A stretch of DNA of 58,362 nucleotides, filler included, from Dugesia japonica (lineage: Eukaryota), in assembly GCA_001938525.1 (NCBI GenBank). It is 4 parts of 4 records of this genome, joined end to end, with 100 filler letters (N's around TTAATTAATTAA, not from the genome) between each part and the next. Parts side by side here need not be neighbours in the genome. Positions count along the whole stretch, not along the records: positions 25,071 to 35,588 come from MQRL01631970.1; positions 35,689 to 58,362 come from MQRL01632738.1; 2 more parts are not named here. One strand, written 5' to 3'. The position numbers and the translations under genes were made by a program. Below, in pieces: positions 25,071 to 38,900 of the stretch (position 1 is its first letter; the number at the start of each line of letters is the position of its first letter). The notes under the pieces were generated by a model. It worked only from the letters and a program-made list of their open reading frames with translations. It was not told the origin of the DNA and searched no databases.

Positions 25071-28000
25071 TAACAACATTAATATATATATATATATATA
25101 TATATTTAAAATAAAAAATAAATGTTTAAGCTCGGCTATGAAAGTTTCTAAATTTCATTAAATCTGAATATTTTCTGACAGATTATATTTGAAAATATTA
25201 TTCGAGTCTGTCAAACTCGTTACGATAAAAGGATTACTAAGATTACTTCAAATTAATGAAGTCTTGTCTTCACTACTCAGACAAAGAACATAGTTTTAAT
25301 ATCGTTAATAGAAATAATTAATAATAACAATTTTTTGATAAATCGGTTTGATTTTTTACGAAATCTGATTGTTTTATAGACTTATCTCGGTATAAAATAA
25401 ATTGAGTAAATTTAAATTTCTATCAGTAAATATGTTGGAAAAGATTTATTTGAAACTGACAAAACACTATATATTGTTAGTAGATGGATAGAATAAACAT
25501 GATAATATGCAATTCGGCCAAGAAGTTGATGACCTATACCACAAAACCAGTGTTTAGGAAAACCATTAAGATCTATAAAGATTCAATAGCGTCCAAAAAA
25601 AAAATAAATTGTTTGTCTCAATAAACTGAACTACATAGGAATAATTAGGAATAAGAAAATTAGGAATGTACAAGCTCCAATACATCGAGCTGGAGAAGTA
25701 TAGAAAACAAGAAAATTGTGAGATACGAATAATAGAATTTTTGAAACTTTTTAATAACTTTTATGTAATTTTTTAAATGTTTTCTTGACTTCCATGTAAT
25801 TTATGATAATTTCTCATGACTTCTATATAATTTTAAAAGAATGGATTATAATTTTATGTGATGAAATGTAATTTTGTGTCTTGGTTTAAAGACATTACAT
25901 GTTTAGTGTTTATTTTTGTTTCACGGAATACAATTTTGGAATGATGAATGATAATTTTATTAATTTCTTTGTAATTTTTAAGACTTCAATTAACTTTTAG
26001 TAAATCTTTGAAGGTTTTATTCACTTATATGAAAAGTTTTGATAATTCTGAAAGTTATTGAATACTTCTATGTAATTTATGAAATTTTTTAATGACTTCC
26101 ATGTGATCTTCATGTGTTCAATTTTAATTTTCATGAGTTGAGTAAAAATTTTGTGTGATTATTATAATTTTATGCAATTTATTATACCTTCATGTGTTGA
26201 TTTAGAAATTTTTATGAGTTAAGTTAGACATTTTATGTGATTAAATGCAATTTTAATGTGAGGTATCTTGGTTTTTTATGTATTGGCTTTGAAAAGTATA
26301 TGATTGAATGTAAAGTTTACATTAACCCTTACAGATTATGTATAATTCTATTATAGTGAGTGTCTTTCTACAGTAGGTAGATAGTAGCGCATTGGATCAC
26401 CCCCTCCCCCATAGACAAAGAACTTTTATAACAAAGACAATGAGTCAGAAGTATGAATAATCGATGACTAGAAAAAAGACAATGAGTCATCGATGCCAAA
26501 AAACAAATGCGAGGGCTCATAATGATGACTCATCAATGACTAGAACAAAGACAATGAGTCATCGATTTTCTAGATCACCTCCCTCCCCCCTCCCCCAGTA
26601 GAAAAAAATTCTAGATCATGACTCATCATTTTTCTAGATCATGACTCATCGATTTTTATAAAAAAAATAATTTTTTAAAATTTTTTTCCTTATATATATA
26701 TTCTTAATATTTATGTAATAAGTTTCAAATAATAATGTAAGTAGTTTCCTCAGAATCTTCTATTTGGTTATTTGGTTCCATAAAAATTAACACTTGAGTT
26801 GTAAAAAANNNNNNNNNNNNNNNNNNNNNNNNNNNNNNNNNNNNNNNNNNNNNNNNNNNNNNNNNNNNNNNNNNNNNNNNNNNNNNNNNNNNNNNNNNNN
26901 NNNNNNNNNNNNNNNNNNNNNNNNNNNNNNNNNNNNNNNNNNNNNNNNNNNNNNNNNNNNNNNNNNNNNNNNNNNNNNNNNNNNNNNNNNNNNNNNNNNN
27001 NNNNNNNNNNNNNNNNNNNNNNNNNNNNNNNNNNNNNNNNNNNNNNNNNNNNNNNNNNNTCTGATCTTACTATTATTAATTCTGATATTTATTTAAATTA
27101 TTATTCTTTTATTGATTTGCTACAAAAAAATTCTCCGAATCAACCTGTTTATTTAATTTACTTCACAAATAATAATAATAGCTCATGGTTTATTCTGGTA
27201 ACTAATTATATTGCATTTATTCTACACATAGTCATTTAATATGCTTAATTTGTTTACATTTTTATCAAATTTGGCTTATTTTCCTACAATTTCCCATACT
27301 TTAGTCATTTACAATCATTTGGCTATATTTAGCTATATTTTCTTTATTTTCCACTATTTAGCTATATTTAACCATATTTTCACTATTGTCTATTTGGTTT
27401 TAATTGCATATTTTCATAGACCTCACTTCAATAATCTTTAAAAAAGTGTCACATATTAATAAAAGAAGACAATAAAACTGAGTGAGACCCAGTATGTTAT
27501 GCTTTTTATTTAAAATAATATAACTATGTAGTATATTTTAATCATTTCGTTATCCTTCTGCTTCTTTGTTTGCTATTTGGTTCCCTGCGTGCACCTTGGC
27601 AAACCTGCGTGCACTTTGGTTNNNNNNNNNNNATTTTTATTTAAATACCTTATTATCAGTAAAGTTGTTAGAAAATATGAGTTTAACATAGAAAATACTG
27701 GTCTTATCAATAGAAATATTGATCTCATCATTTAAGATAATTAGTTTCAATAGATGAAGTTATAGTTTAATCATTAAAATTATATAGTTTATCATGAAAA
27801 TACTAGTTTGGTGATGATAAATATAGGGTTTATTATGAAAATAATGATTTTATCATGAAAATATAGGTTTAATGGAAAATACATGTTTATATTTGTATGT
27901 AAATATTGGTATTATTATAAAAATATTGGTTTTGACAAGAAAATATTGAATTTATAATAAAATACTGGTTTCAATCGGAAAGATATAGGTTTTTATAATT

Positions 28001-28269
28001 AAACATAAGACCATTAAACCAGATACATTCAATAAACAAATTGTTGTAATTTACACTACATTATAATTTATCATTATTTAAACCAACATATTGACAAGTA
28101 AGTATTCAATTATTTCTAATCAAAATAAGGTTTTACTTTATTCTTTAATATGTTTCATTGTATTAAGTTAGAAAAATGATAAATAAGAAAAAGAATGTGA
28201 GAAAGCTAATGCCAATGATGACAAGCAAGAGTGAGATAGTATTACCAAATTTACTTGAAGTCAAATAAT

Positions 28270-28610
28270 TTTATATAAAATTTACATGAACTTTTTAATT
28301 ATCGTTGAAAAACGACAGGATTTTTTTTATCATCAGTGAAAATTTCCATAAACTTTTAAAACATTGTTGAAAATTTACACGAACCTTTCTAAAACTGGTT
28401 AAAATTTACTAGAACTTTTATAAAATCAAAAAATCCTATGTAAAAGAGGGGGGGAAATAATTCTGAAATTTACTAGAACTTTTTTAAAATTGATGAAAAT
28501 TTACATAAACTTTTTGAAAACTAGTCGAAATTTCCACAATCTTTTTAATCATCATTGAAAATTTCCACAAGCTTTTCTATAGCTGGTTAAAATTTACATA
28601 ATCTTTTCTG
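28270..28610. repeat. Degenerate ~33-bp minisatellite
   Basis: Recurring AAAATTTACA(T/C)(G/A)AACTTTTT units. Confidence 0.7.
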
Positions 28611-28844
28611 TAATAATTACTCTAATACTGACAAGTGACTTTATACAATCCACCAATTGTTCACTCAATCAATTATACTTTGATTGTACTATACTTCAAT
28701 CTAAATAATTCAGTCAATCATTTACATATGTTCCACTTTAATATAATAAAATCCTTTGAAAGTATAGGTCTATTTCAAATAATGTACATTATTCACCTAT
28801 TAATCATACTTAGTATAATATTCGTTAACATAAGGTTTAAGTCA

Positions 28845-29230
28845 TAGTACACAACTCTCGCTATCATCAAGTTTTAACATATACAATACTTACCATCAAC
28901 AACTATTAACATATACAATACTCGCTATTAACTAGTCTTAACATACAAACAGTACAATATTCACTTTTATCAAGTCTTAATACATAATACTCGCCATCAA
29001 CAACTATTAACATATATATAATACTCGCTATCATCAATGTATTAACATACACAATACTCACTATGAGTAAGTATTAACATACATAATATTCGCTATTAAC
29101 AGCTCTTAACATATACAAATCTCACTATAATCAAGTGTTAATATACACAATACTCGCTATCATCAGCAATTAACATATACAAATCTAACTATCATTAAGT
29201 ATTACCATACATAATTCTCGTTATAATCAT
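28845..29230. repeat. Degenerate ~30-33-bp minisatellite
   Basis: Recurring TTAACATATACAATACTCGCTAT(C/T)A units. Confidence 0.8.
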
Positions 29231-31322
29231 TTACCTATTGATTATTCAGTTAATGGCGTAATCTATTCATCGCTTATTCTTATAGTCAGGTCTATAATTC
29301 ACACTGAATATATACCTTACAACATATAATTTGTTAATTGTTCACATATTTTCAACTAAATATATATAACTCCTTTGTAAACAGACCCTCTTATCAATTA
29401 ATTTACCCATTGAATATTTGCTTGTAAAATTTAAATTTATTCAATCATTAAAATTCTAACCAATTATTCACAAACCTAATATTAACGTTTCAAATTAATT
29501 AATTAAATCCTGAAATAGAAATTTTATTCAATCAAAGATCTCTTATGACCCGTGCACAGCTAGCAGAGTTTTGATGTCTGAGGACTAATGCAAAGACTTC
29601 AGAATATTGATGACTGAGCACTAGTGAACAGAGTTTTGATAACTGAGAAAAGATCAATGAAGAGTAAATTATTATATAAAGGAGTTAAAACCAGTCAAAA
29701 AGTAGACCTGATTAGATATTAAATTTGATTGAGCATCTAATTTTAACATTAAAACTGTTCGGAATCATCCATCATTTAATATTACTAGAAAACAACCTAT
29801 ATGAAGTACTTGCTTTTTAAATTATTTCATTAAAGATAAAGTTTGACAAATATTATACTAATATGAATGAATTTTGTTTGTTTAATCGCATTAAATTAAT
29901 TAAAAATATATGTGTAATCATTTTATATGAACACATTTTATTTCATAATTTTAAAATTCAGATAAACAATAAGTGACTTAATTAATTTTTGAATAGACTT
30001 TTAATTTAAATATTTAGAAAAAATGAAATATTCAACCAAATGTTATGATGAAGATTGAAAATATTTGAATTATGAAAATTAAATCCGGTTAATTTTATTA
30101 AATTTAAAATTTTAATTGATTTTTGTAATGTGTTACTTATGATTTTAATTTGGAATTACAGTTAAATAATATGAATGATGTTTGCATTTAAATTAAAATT
30201 AATAGTTAATTATATTAAAACTTTTAATAAATCTTGTCTAAATTTATTGTTTGCAATAAATGTAAGCTTTTCAAATTTCAAAATTAAATTTGACTTGGTT
30301 TAAAAATTAATAATACAAAAATAGACAAAGTTCTTTAAGTTACTTAGAATTTTAATAAATTTATACAAAAGTTTAATAAATATACTAAGTTCTTTAACCT
30401 TTCTTGGATTTCATTAGATTTTCACCAACCATCCAACTGGACCAATAAATAACATGAATTATTATCCAGATTTTAAGAATTATATGAAACATGTAATGAA
30501 ATCAGTTGGGATTTGTTGATTTTATTAAATTTTCACTAATTATTTTAATTATTATTAAAAATATATACTTTTCACATAATTTAACTTTTTAAATTTGAAT
30601 TTATATGAATTTAATTATGATTTTATTGTTTCCTTTTCGACTAACTTGATGAATATAAATTAATGATGAATTAAATTTTTGATGATTAATTTAATAAATA
30701 CAATTAATTTATTTCAAATTTAATGTTATCAATTTAAATTTCATACTTACAATTTTTTTCAGGGACCAACTAATATAAAGTAATAGCTTTTTCAATTTAT
30801 TTAATTAAGGATAAAGATTGGTGATTTTCAACCATGTTTTTCGTCTTCAACATAAAATTCTCTATCTAATAGATACCACGATGTTCAAATTTGAGTTACA
30901 TTTTATTTTTCGACATTCTCATTAGAGATTACAATTATCCATGATAACAACCCATAATAAGTAATGTTTTTAATTTTATTCCGTTAATGATAAAGTTTGA
31001 CGTCTTTTTTGCGTATTAATACTGATTTTTCAAAAAATTCTTGGTCCATTGGTAAGAACTTCAATTTTCAACTCATTAGTAGTGGGTTCAAATCCAATGA
31101 ATGACCACTTATTTTACACCATATTTTTTCGGATTTTAACAATCTCATATAATGTTTGGTGATTTAGGATGATGATTTTCAGAATCAGTAAAACATTTTC
31201 TATCCAATAGATACTTTGATGTTTAAATTTGAGATACTTTTTATTTTTTCAAAATTTGATGATTCATCATTAGAGACTATAATTATCCATACGTATTAAT
31301 AATCATATTTAAAATTTATTCA

Positions 31323-31396
31323 ATTACTGCACGGTCCAGTGGTAATAGCAGTTCTTTTACAACTCATCAGTGGTGGTTCGATTCCTATGAGTGACT
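31323..31396 (+). pseudogene. tRNA-derived pseudogene / SINE-like head (second copy at about 31036-31107)
   Basis: A-box-like GGTCCAGTGGTAA and B-box GGTTCGATTCC at tRNA spacing. Stems are degenerate. Both copies are embedded in a ~330-bp tandem unit. Confidence 0.5.
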
Positions 31397-32344
31397 ATTT
31401 TTTCACTTTAACTCCCAAAAATGAAGTACATGTTTTTCTATGTAACTTTTTATCTATAAAGATTGGTGATTTTAGGTTTACATATTTGGAATCAGTGAAA
31501 GATTTTCTACCTAATAGATACCTTTTTAGTCAATACAAATGCAATTCCGTTGCCAGTTTAACAAAGCAAGTACATATTGATGATTGGTTGAATTTAATTG
31601 GTTAAGTTGTCTGACAACAAATTTGTATACAAAACAGTTTATTTTACAGTTTACATATAATTTCAAAATGATTTTAAAAAATAAAGAAGAAATATCTGAA
31701 CGAGGTAAAGTTTTATTATTAGTTATTTATTTATTCTTTTTTTCAGATCTTGCAAGAANNNNNNNNNNNNNNNNNNNNNNNNNNNNNNNNNNNNNNNNNN
31801 NNNNNNNNNNNNNNNNNNNNNNNNNNNNNNNNNNNNNNNNNNNNNNNNNNNNNNNNNNNNNNNNNNNNNNNNNNNNNNNNNNNNNNNNNNNNNNNNNNNN
31901 NNNNNNNNNNNNNNNNNNNNNNNNNNNNNNNNNNNNNNNNNNNNNNNNNGACGTTATTTTAGAAAGATTTCCATGAATTTGGTTTGTTTGTTGTATTAAG
32001 TTGTAGTTTGTTATTAAATAAACATTCAATTAAACTAACTGTTATTACAAAAAACAATTATTAGAAAAAAAATTTTTAAAAAAATATTTCAAAACAAAAA
32101 TTAAAAAAAAAATTTTAAAAATAAAAAAATCGATGAGTCATGATCTATAAAATCGATGACTCATTGTCTTGGTTCTATTCATTCATGAGTCATCACCTTT
32201 GTTTTTGGCCTCGATGAGTCATCGCGATGAGTCACTGTCTTTGTTCTAATCATCGATGAATCATACTTATGACTCATTGTCTTTGTTATAAAAGTTCTTT
32301 GTCTAGGGGGTTGATCCAGTGCGCTACTATCTACCTACTTTCCA

Positions 32345-32880
32345 CTCTGCAATGGTCTTTTCTTATAGTTACTAATTTTCTCTCACTTTTCACAATCACT
32401 CACTAACTTTTTTCCATTCCACACTGGCATTCTCTCAGTATTCATAGGTCTTCTCTCACTATCTATTAATCTTATCCTAATAACAATGATATTCTATCAC
32501 TATCTACATGTTTTCTCTCATGTATTCTCTATTAGAATTATTCCTCTCCTAATGGTTTTTTCGCATTATCCACTGGAATTCTCTCAATATCTACTAGTCA
32601 TCTACCACTACCAATGGTATTCTCCCACTATTCACTGGTATTATCTCACTATCTACTGGTATTTTCTAACTCTCTAATAGTATTCTACACTCTCTACTGT
32701 TATTCTTCAACTATGCATTGATATGTTCTTACAATCTACTGGTATTCTTTATTCTCTAATGGTTATTTTACATTTCACACTAGAAATATCTCTCTTCAAT
32801 GAAATGATTCCACACCCAATGTGCTTTCTTTAACTCTCAACTGACTTTATCACGCTGTAACTGACTTTCTCTTACTTTAT
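32345..32880. repeat. Degenerate ~22-bp minisatellite
   Basis: Recurring CTACTGGTATTCTCTCACTAT-like units. Confidence 0.75.
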
Positions 32881-35012
32881 TTAACATCACTTGAGAACAT
32901 CATGATCCAAATATTTTCCAGAAGATATAAACATTAATGACGCATGTTAGATGTTAACATTACAATAATATTACCCAGGAATGTAAACATTAACAATAAT
33001 TTTAATATTGCATAGGGGAACATCTAATATCATATAATAGCCCTATAATTCCTATAAAAACCTTATAAAAAACATTATAATAACATATTAAACCATAAAA
33101 ACCCTATAGAAATCATATAAAACCATATAAAAGTATATAAAAAATATATATTGAACTATGCAAAACCCAATTAACTCTTCGAAATTGCACAAAAGCACTA
33201 TACAAACCTTTATTTTGAGTAGTGAGATATGTCACCTCTAAACCAACCCCACTCCTTTTGAAAAAATATTTTGAAGAATTTTTTTTTGGAAAATTTCTTA
33301 TTAAAGTTTTTAAATCTTTAATATCTTTTTACCTTAAATTTAACTAAGATTAAAACAACATTAGTGTGTTCATCATCTCATTACGCATCCAAAAATATCA
33401 GGTTTGACCAGAAAATGTGATGTAAACTGGACTTTTACTTATAAATTCAATATGTACCTTTACCAGCCATTTTGAATGGGAAGGAGTCATTTTCATGAAT
33501 TTTGTATTGATTTGTTCCTATCTTACTTTTTAATTTTCTGTCTAACAATACATTTTCATTCCTATCGGTCGTCATCAAGGGGAGGTATTTTAGGTCTGAT
33601 ATAATTTTTGTGGCGAATTGAAGCATTTTTTGTCACAAATACTTTAAGTGATCTATAGATAGTTTAAAATTTACGAAGACTAGTTAAAATTTTGAGTCGA
33701 TATCTTTCAAAATAGCGGAAATTTTAAATTTAAATCTTATATATGTTTTAAGTGCCCGTCCGATAACGAATTTCAATGCATAACATTGCGCGGCATTTTA
33801 TTGCGAGTTTATTGATATCAAATTTGTTTTAATGGGATGGAAATTACACACAGGAGAGTTAAAAAACAGTGCATAATTTGAGGTGGTTTAGTACTGACAT
33901 ACCGTTTGTGGTGAATTGAAGCACGTTTTGATACAAGTCCTTTTAGTGATGTATAGGTAGTATTTAATTTTAGGAAGATTAGTAAAGATTTTGAGTTGAT
34001 ATCTTACAAAATAGCGCTAATTTCAAATTTAAATCTTGAATAATCTTTTAAAGGACCCCCCCCCCCNNNAGAAATTTGAATGCAGAACATTGCGCGGCTT
34101 TACTCTGCACATTCAATGATACGACAGTTGTGACTGTCTTATATGAATTGTAGATAATACAAACGAATAAAATTGAAGAACTTTAAAAAATAATGGATGA
34201 CCTTAAAAACACTTTCCCAAAAAAAAACTCCCAAAAAAATATTCTTAAAAAAATATTTAAAAAAATATTTAAAAAAAGTACAATTATTTTAAATTCTATG
34301 ATCTTGAAAAAACTTTGATTACCCTGGAAATTTTTCGATGACCTTGAAAAACAAATTTCCCAAAATATTTTTCTCAACAGGGGGGGGTTGTTTATTATGA
34401 GTGTATTGGTTTTTATATAGTAATTAAATGTTTTTTAAGATATCATAAAGTTTTATAGATTAATTATATGCTTTTATTTGAGCTTATTAATCAATTGTTT
34501 TACAATTGCATAGATTTTATTTAATTAATTCAAAGGATTTACCATAGATCCAGCAATTATTTCTAAAAAGTTACCAGAGATCTGATAATCTTTTTAAAAT
34601 CCCATGTATAACATATGGAAAATAACTCAAAAATTTATTACATGTCACTCAAAATTTTCAAACAGTTACCAGAGATCCGGTAATTATTTCAAAGGTTACG
34701 AGAGGTCAGGTAATTATTTCGAAATATATACTCTATGTTCCTGAAAAACTTAATAGAGTTATGAAAAATCAATGCATTTATTAAATTCATGCAATAAACC
34801 TAATGCACTCAATGAAACAATTAACAGCATATATTCATTAATTACATTAAATAAACGCAAATAATTCAAAGAAATCTATGCATTAAATGTATTCAGTACA
34901 TTCATATACCAATTAATAAGCCTAATCTATACAATATACAATAAAATAGGCACATTTCATTCAGAACTTTGTATATTTACATATAAATTTCATTATTATT
35001 TATATAATACAT

Positions 35013-35115
35013 ACAATAAACCTAATAAAGACATCTAAGGCACACAATAAACCTAATAAAGACATCTAAGGCACACAATAAACCTAATAAAGACATCTAA
35101 GGCATACAATAAACC
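35013..35115. repeat. 31-bp near-perfect tandem repeat, about 3.3 copies
   Basis: ACAATAAACCTAATAAAGACATCTAAGGCAC repeated. Confidence 0.9.
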
Positions 35116-35588
35116 CAGTTTTCTCAAATGACTCAATTAAACTTATTCAATTCACACCATAAACTTCATACTTGCATAATAATATATGCGTAAAAAAACC
35201 GAAATATAGTATATAATACAATAATATACCCTATTTATTCATATAATACACACAATAAACTCAATATAGTCACATAATATACATATAAATATGCCCAATA
35301 AAGTCAGTTAAATACACATAAATAACTGAATATAGCTTAATACAAAGAAAATCAATGATTATTATACACTAAATCCTATAGAGTTATATAATACACATCT
35401 TATACTCAATAGAACCATATGCTTATACACATATGAAACCGATAGATATTATTCAAAGAATACCAATGCGTTTTATACCTACAATAAGCCCAAATAGTTA
35501 ATATACACATTAAACCAATTGGTCTTATACACACTATAAACCTAACGAGTCTTATACATTTAAATAATAATAATAATAATAATAATAA

Positions 35589-35688
35589 NNNNNNNNNNNN
35601 NNNNNNNNNNNNNNNNNNNNNNNNNNNNNNNNTTAATTAATTAANNNNNNNNNNNNNNNNNNNNNNNNNNNNNNNNNNNNNNNNNNNN
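35589..35688. other. Artificial scaffold-joining linker
   Basis: N44-TTAATTAATTAA(35633-35644)-N44. Confidence 0.95.
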
Positions 35689-35956
35689 TATTTTTGTGAA
35701 ATTCATATCAATTGATACAAATTATTAATTTTTATGAAAAATTGAAAATAATTATAAAATTCGTAATTATTATTATTATTATTACTGTTATTACTATTAT
35801 CATTATTACTATTATCTAACTTAAAAATATTTAAAATGTTATAATTTAAATTTAATTTTAATTTATTACCAAATTGTAAAAGTAATTCTTTTACAGTTTA
35901 CCTATAATAATTTAATTTAAATTATTAGATTTTAAACATTAAAATATTTATTTTAG

Positions 35957-38900
35957 GATTGCATCCAATTTTACCAGGTTACAGTCCAGATAATAGCTCT
36001 GAATGCAAATTGATTGTACTAATTCTGGACATCAATGACAATCCACCCATGTTTACTGAGTCAATTATAATTGGTGAAATAATTCAAAATGCACCATCTG
36101 GATCACCAATTGTTGACTTCTCAGTATGATTTCTATTATCAATTTATACTGATTTCAGTTTTTGAGTGCAACAAAAAAATTGTCCTAGATATAATATAGC
36201 TTTGTTATTAAATCCGATAGATTGGTTTGTGTTTTAACTTTGTTTATCAATTTAAATGTAATGAATGTGATGCCATATGCATTGGAGATACTATCCGTTA
36301 TTTCTATACAAGACGTTTAGAGAACAATCGCATCGATAGTGCTAGTAATATTACCGAGCATAAAAATAAATGTAATTCAAATATTGACTTTTAAAATTTT
36401 GTCTAAATATTATTGAAAGATAGTGTAGTATGAGGCATTGATAATAATAATTATCATAATCCTAGCATTAATTTACAGACAACTCTTTCGACTAAATTGA
36501 TAAAAAAAATTTAATTTAAATTCAGGTTTTTTATTAGGGTTGTAATTTTCAAAAGATTTTATTTTTTATTAAAGGTTTTTAAATTTCAATGTAGGTTTTA
36601 ATTTTATTTGAATAATACATACTGAATAATCTCATATTTTTCATTTTGTTTAATGATGATGGTTTTTCCGTCGAAATATATCACAATAAGGTTTTGTTTT
36701 AAATGGCGTTGTTTATTTTTTATAATTAATAATTAACTTTTTATTAAAATAACATTTTGTTGAAAATCAATTTTATTAATAAGTCATTTAATTCCTATTA
36801 TATAAAATAATTAAATCAGTATTATGAAAATGATTGAAGAAATTTGTAAGAATTTTAAAATTTAAAGAAACCTGGCAACCACCAGAAGAGACTTGTAACT
36901 TTGAAAGTATCTAAATTGACAATCTCGAAAAACGAGTAAAAAAATAAAAGCAAAACATATATAATGGAATAAATCAAAGAATTAAAAAGTTGAAGATTAT
37001 TTCTCATGAACCAAGTTTAGAAAATAAAAGAAGAGAAAAAACATCCAAAGAAGCTCGCTATAGGAAAAAAGAAGAAGTCTAAAAATAAAAGATTGAAAAT
37101 AAAAATAAAAANNNNNNNNNNNNNNNNNNNNNNTTTTTTTTGTTAGTAAAATTCATTACTAGAATTATTGTTAATAATTTTTATAAATTGTATAAGTTTT
37201 TAATAACCGTATTTTTGTCAACGAGATAAACACATAATACGCAGCGTAAATGTGTCAACAATGATATTTTTTTATTTGGAGACTCTTTTAGGGCCAAAAA
37301 ATATCCTGTAATGTAAATCAATTATTTAACATATAAATAACAGAAAAACTCTTAAATTACTTATTTAAATNNNNNNNNNNNNNNNNNNNNNNNNNNNNNN
37401 NNNNNNNNNNNNNNNNNNNNNNNNNNNNNNNNNNNNNNNNNNNNNNNNNNNNNNNNNNNNNNNNNNNNNNNNNNNNNNNNNNNNNNNNNNNNNNNNNNNN
37501 NNNNNNNNNNNNNNNNNNNNNNNNNNNNNNNNNNNNNNNNNNNNNNNNNNNNNNNNNNNNNNNNNNNNNNNNNNNNNNNNNNNNNNNNNNNNNNNNNNNN
37601 NNNNNNNNNNNNNNNNNNNNNNNNNNNNNNNNNNNNNNNNNNNNNNNNNNNNNNNNNNNNNNNNNNNNNNNNNNNNNNNNNNNNNNNNNNNNNNNNNNNN
37701 NNNNNNNNNNNNNNNNNNNNNNNNNNNNNNNNNNNNNNNNNNNNNNNNNNNNNNNNNNNNNNNNNNNNNNNNNNNNNNNNNNNNNNNNNNNNNNNNNNNN
37801 NNNNNNNNNNNNNNNNNNNNNNNNNNNNNNNNNNNNNNNNNNNNNNACATACATAATAGTCTATATCAGGGGTCGGCACACTTTTATATGTGAAGATCCA
37901 AATTGTCAAAAAATAAAAATACCAAAAAACCACAAAAAGTTTTTACCCTTGTAAATTTCATCTACATATAATAATACAAGTAGACATTCAACAAATGCAT
38001 AAAATGAAATTTTTATTAAATGTTAAATGGTCCTATGATCTCACATTGCTTTTGAAAGTTTTGATTTATGTTTTAATTTTGGACAAAATTGTAGATTTTC
38101 ATTTGTCATTTTATTTCAAATTTATTTCCTTAATCCACAAATTACATTAACTAAACTTAATTTAAAATTAAAAAATGATAATTAAAGAAAATTAAAAATA
38201 TAATTCACTCTTTCAATATATTCTCTAAAATATTGTTTTTCTTTTAATATTTAGAAAACTATTTCAGTAGAAATAAATTTATTTTCTTATGCAATTATTT
38301 GTTTATTTAGAAATATGCGATTGATAAAGATTTAGTGAGTCAGAAGTCTTTAGTCTATTCTGTTGATAATATTTTTCCAAGCCGAACCGATCTAGCATCG
38401 CTACTTAAGATACAAAATATAAATAATGTTTTTGATTTAAATACGACTTCTGGAATTATGATATCGGCTCAAGGAATGCTTTCTCAGGTAAATTAATTAT
38501 TTAAAAAGATTTTTCTATAATTATCACTATTTTAATATCTACTACATATGAATTTTAAAATTTTTAAATTAACATTTTTTAAAACATATTACTAAGCTTT
38601 TTATAAGAAAACAATTAGGAGGAATTTCAACCAATAGTAATTAAGATAAATTATTTTAATTACTTCTGTTTCTATTTCACTTTGTTTTATTAAATAAATT
38701 GTAAATGTCTCAAATGAATAATTGTGATTTAGAAAATAAGTTAACTAATTCTTTAATAAATTAAATAACTTATTTTTATTTTAATTAATAAACTAAGGAA
38801 TCAATTGGTTTAAAATTTAACTAATTTATTAACTAATTAATTTTAATGATATAGAATTATAAAAAATTTTAATGTAAATTTATTATTGAAAAATGAAAAT

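Larger units (their letters stand above)
26372..32339. mobile_element. ~6-kb non-autonomous element with ~280-bp terminal inverted repeats (Polinton/Maverick-like ends)
   Basis: The left end AGTAGGTAGATAGTAGCGCATTGGATCA...TAGACAAAGAACTTTTATAACAAAGACAATGAGTCA is the reverse complement of the right end ...TGACTCATTGTCTTTGTTATAAAAGTTCTTTGTCTA...TGATCCAGTGCGCTACTATCTACCTACT. The flanks TTCTAC / TTCCAC match at 5 of 6 positions. No coding capacity is recognised inside. Confidence 0.65.

Noticed and set aside
25071-26370. Continuation exons of the gasdermin after the linker
   Set aside because: No phase-0 exon with gasdermin-like sequence was found, and this is a different scaffold piece.
28270-29230. 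Regularly spaced ~30-33-bp repeats as a CRISPR array
   Set aside because: These are degenerate head-to-tail minisatellites with no unique spacers and no cas genes, in a eukaryotic context.
8850-35688. TTAATTAATTAA palindromes between N runs (8894, 25015, 35633) as a biological motif
   Set aside because: These are identical 100-nt constructs with stops in all six frames, so they are assembly linkers. Adjacency across them is not evidence of linkage.
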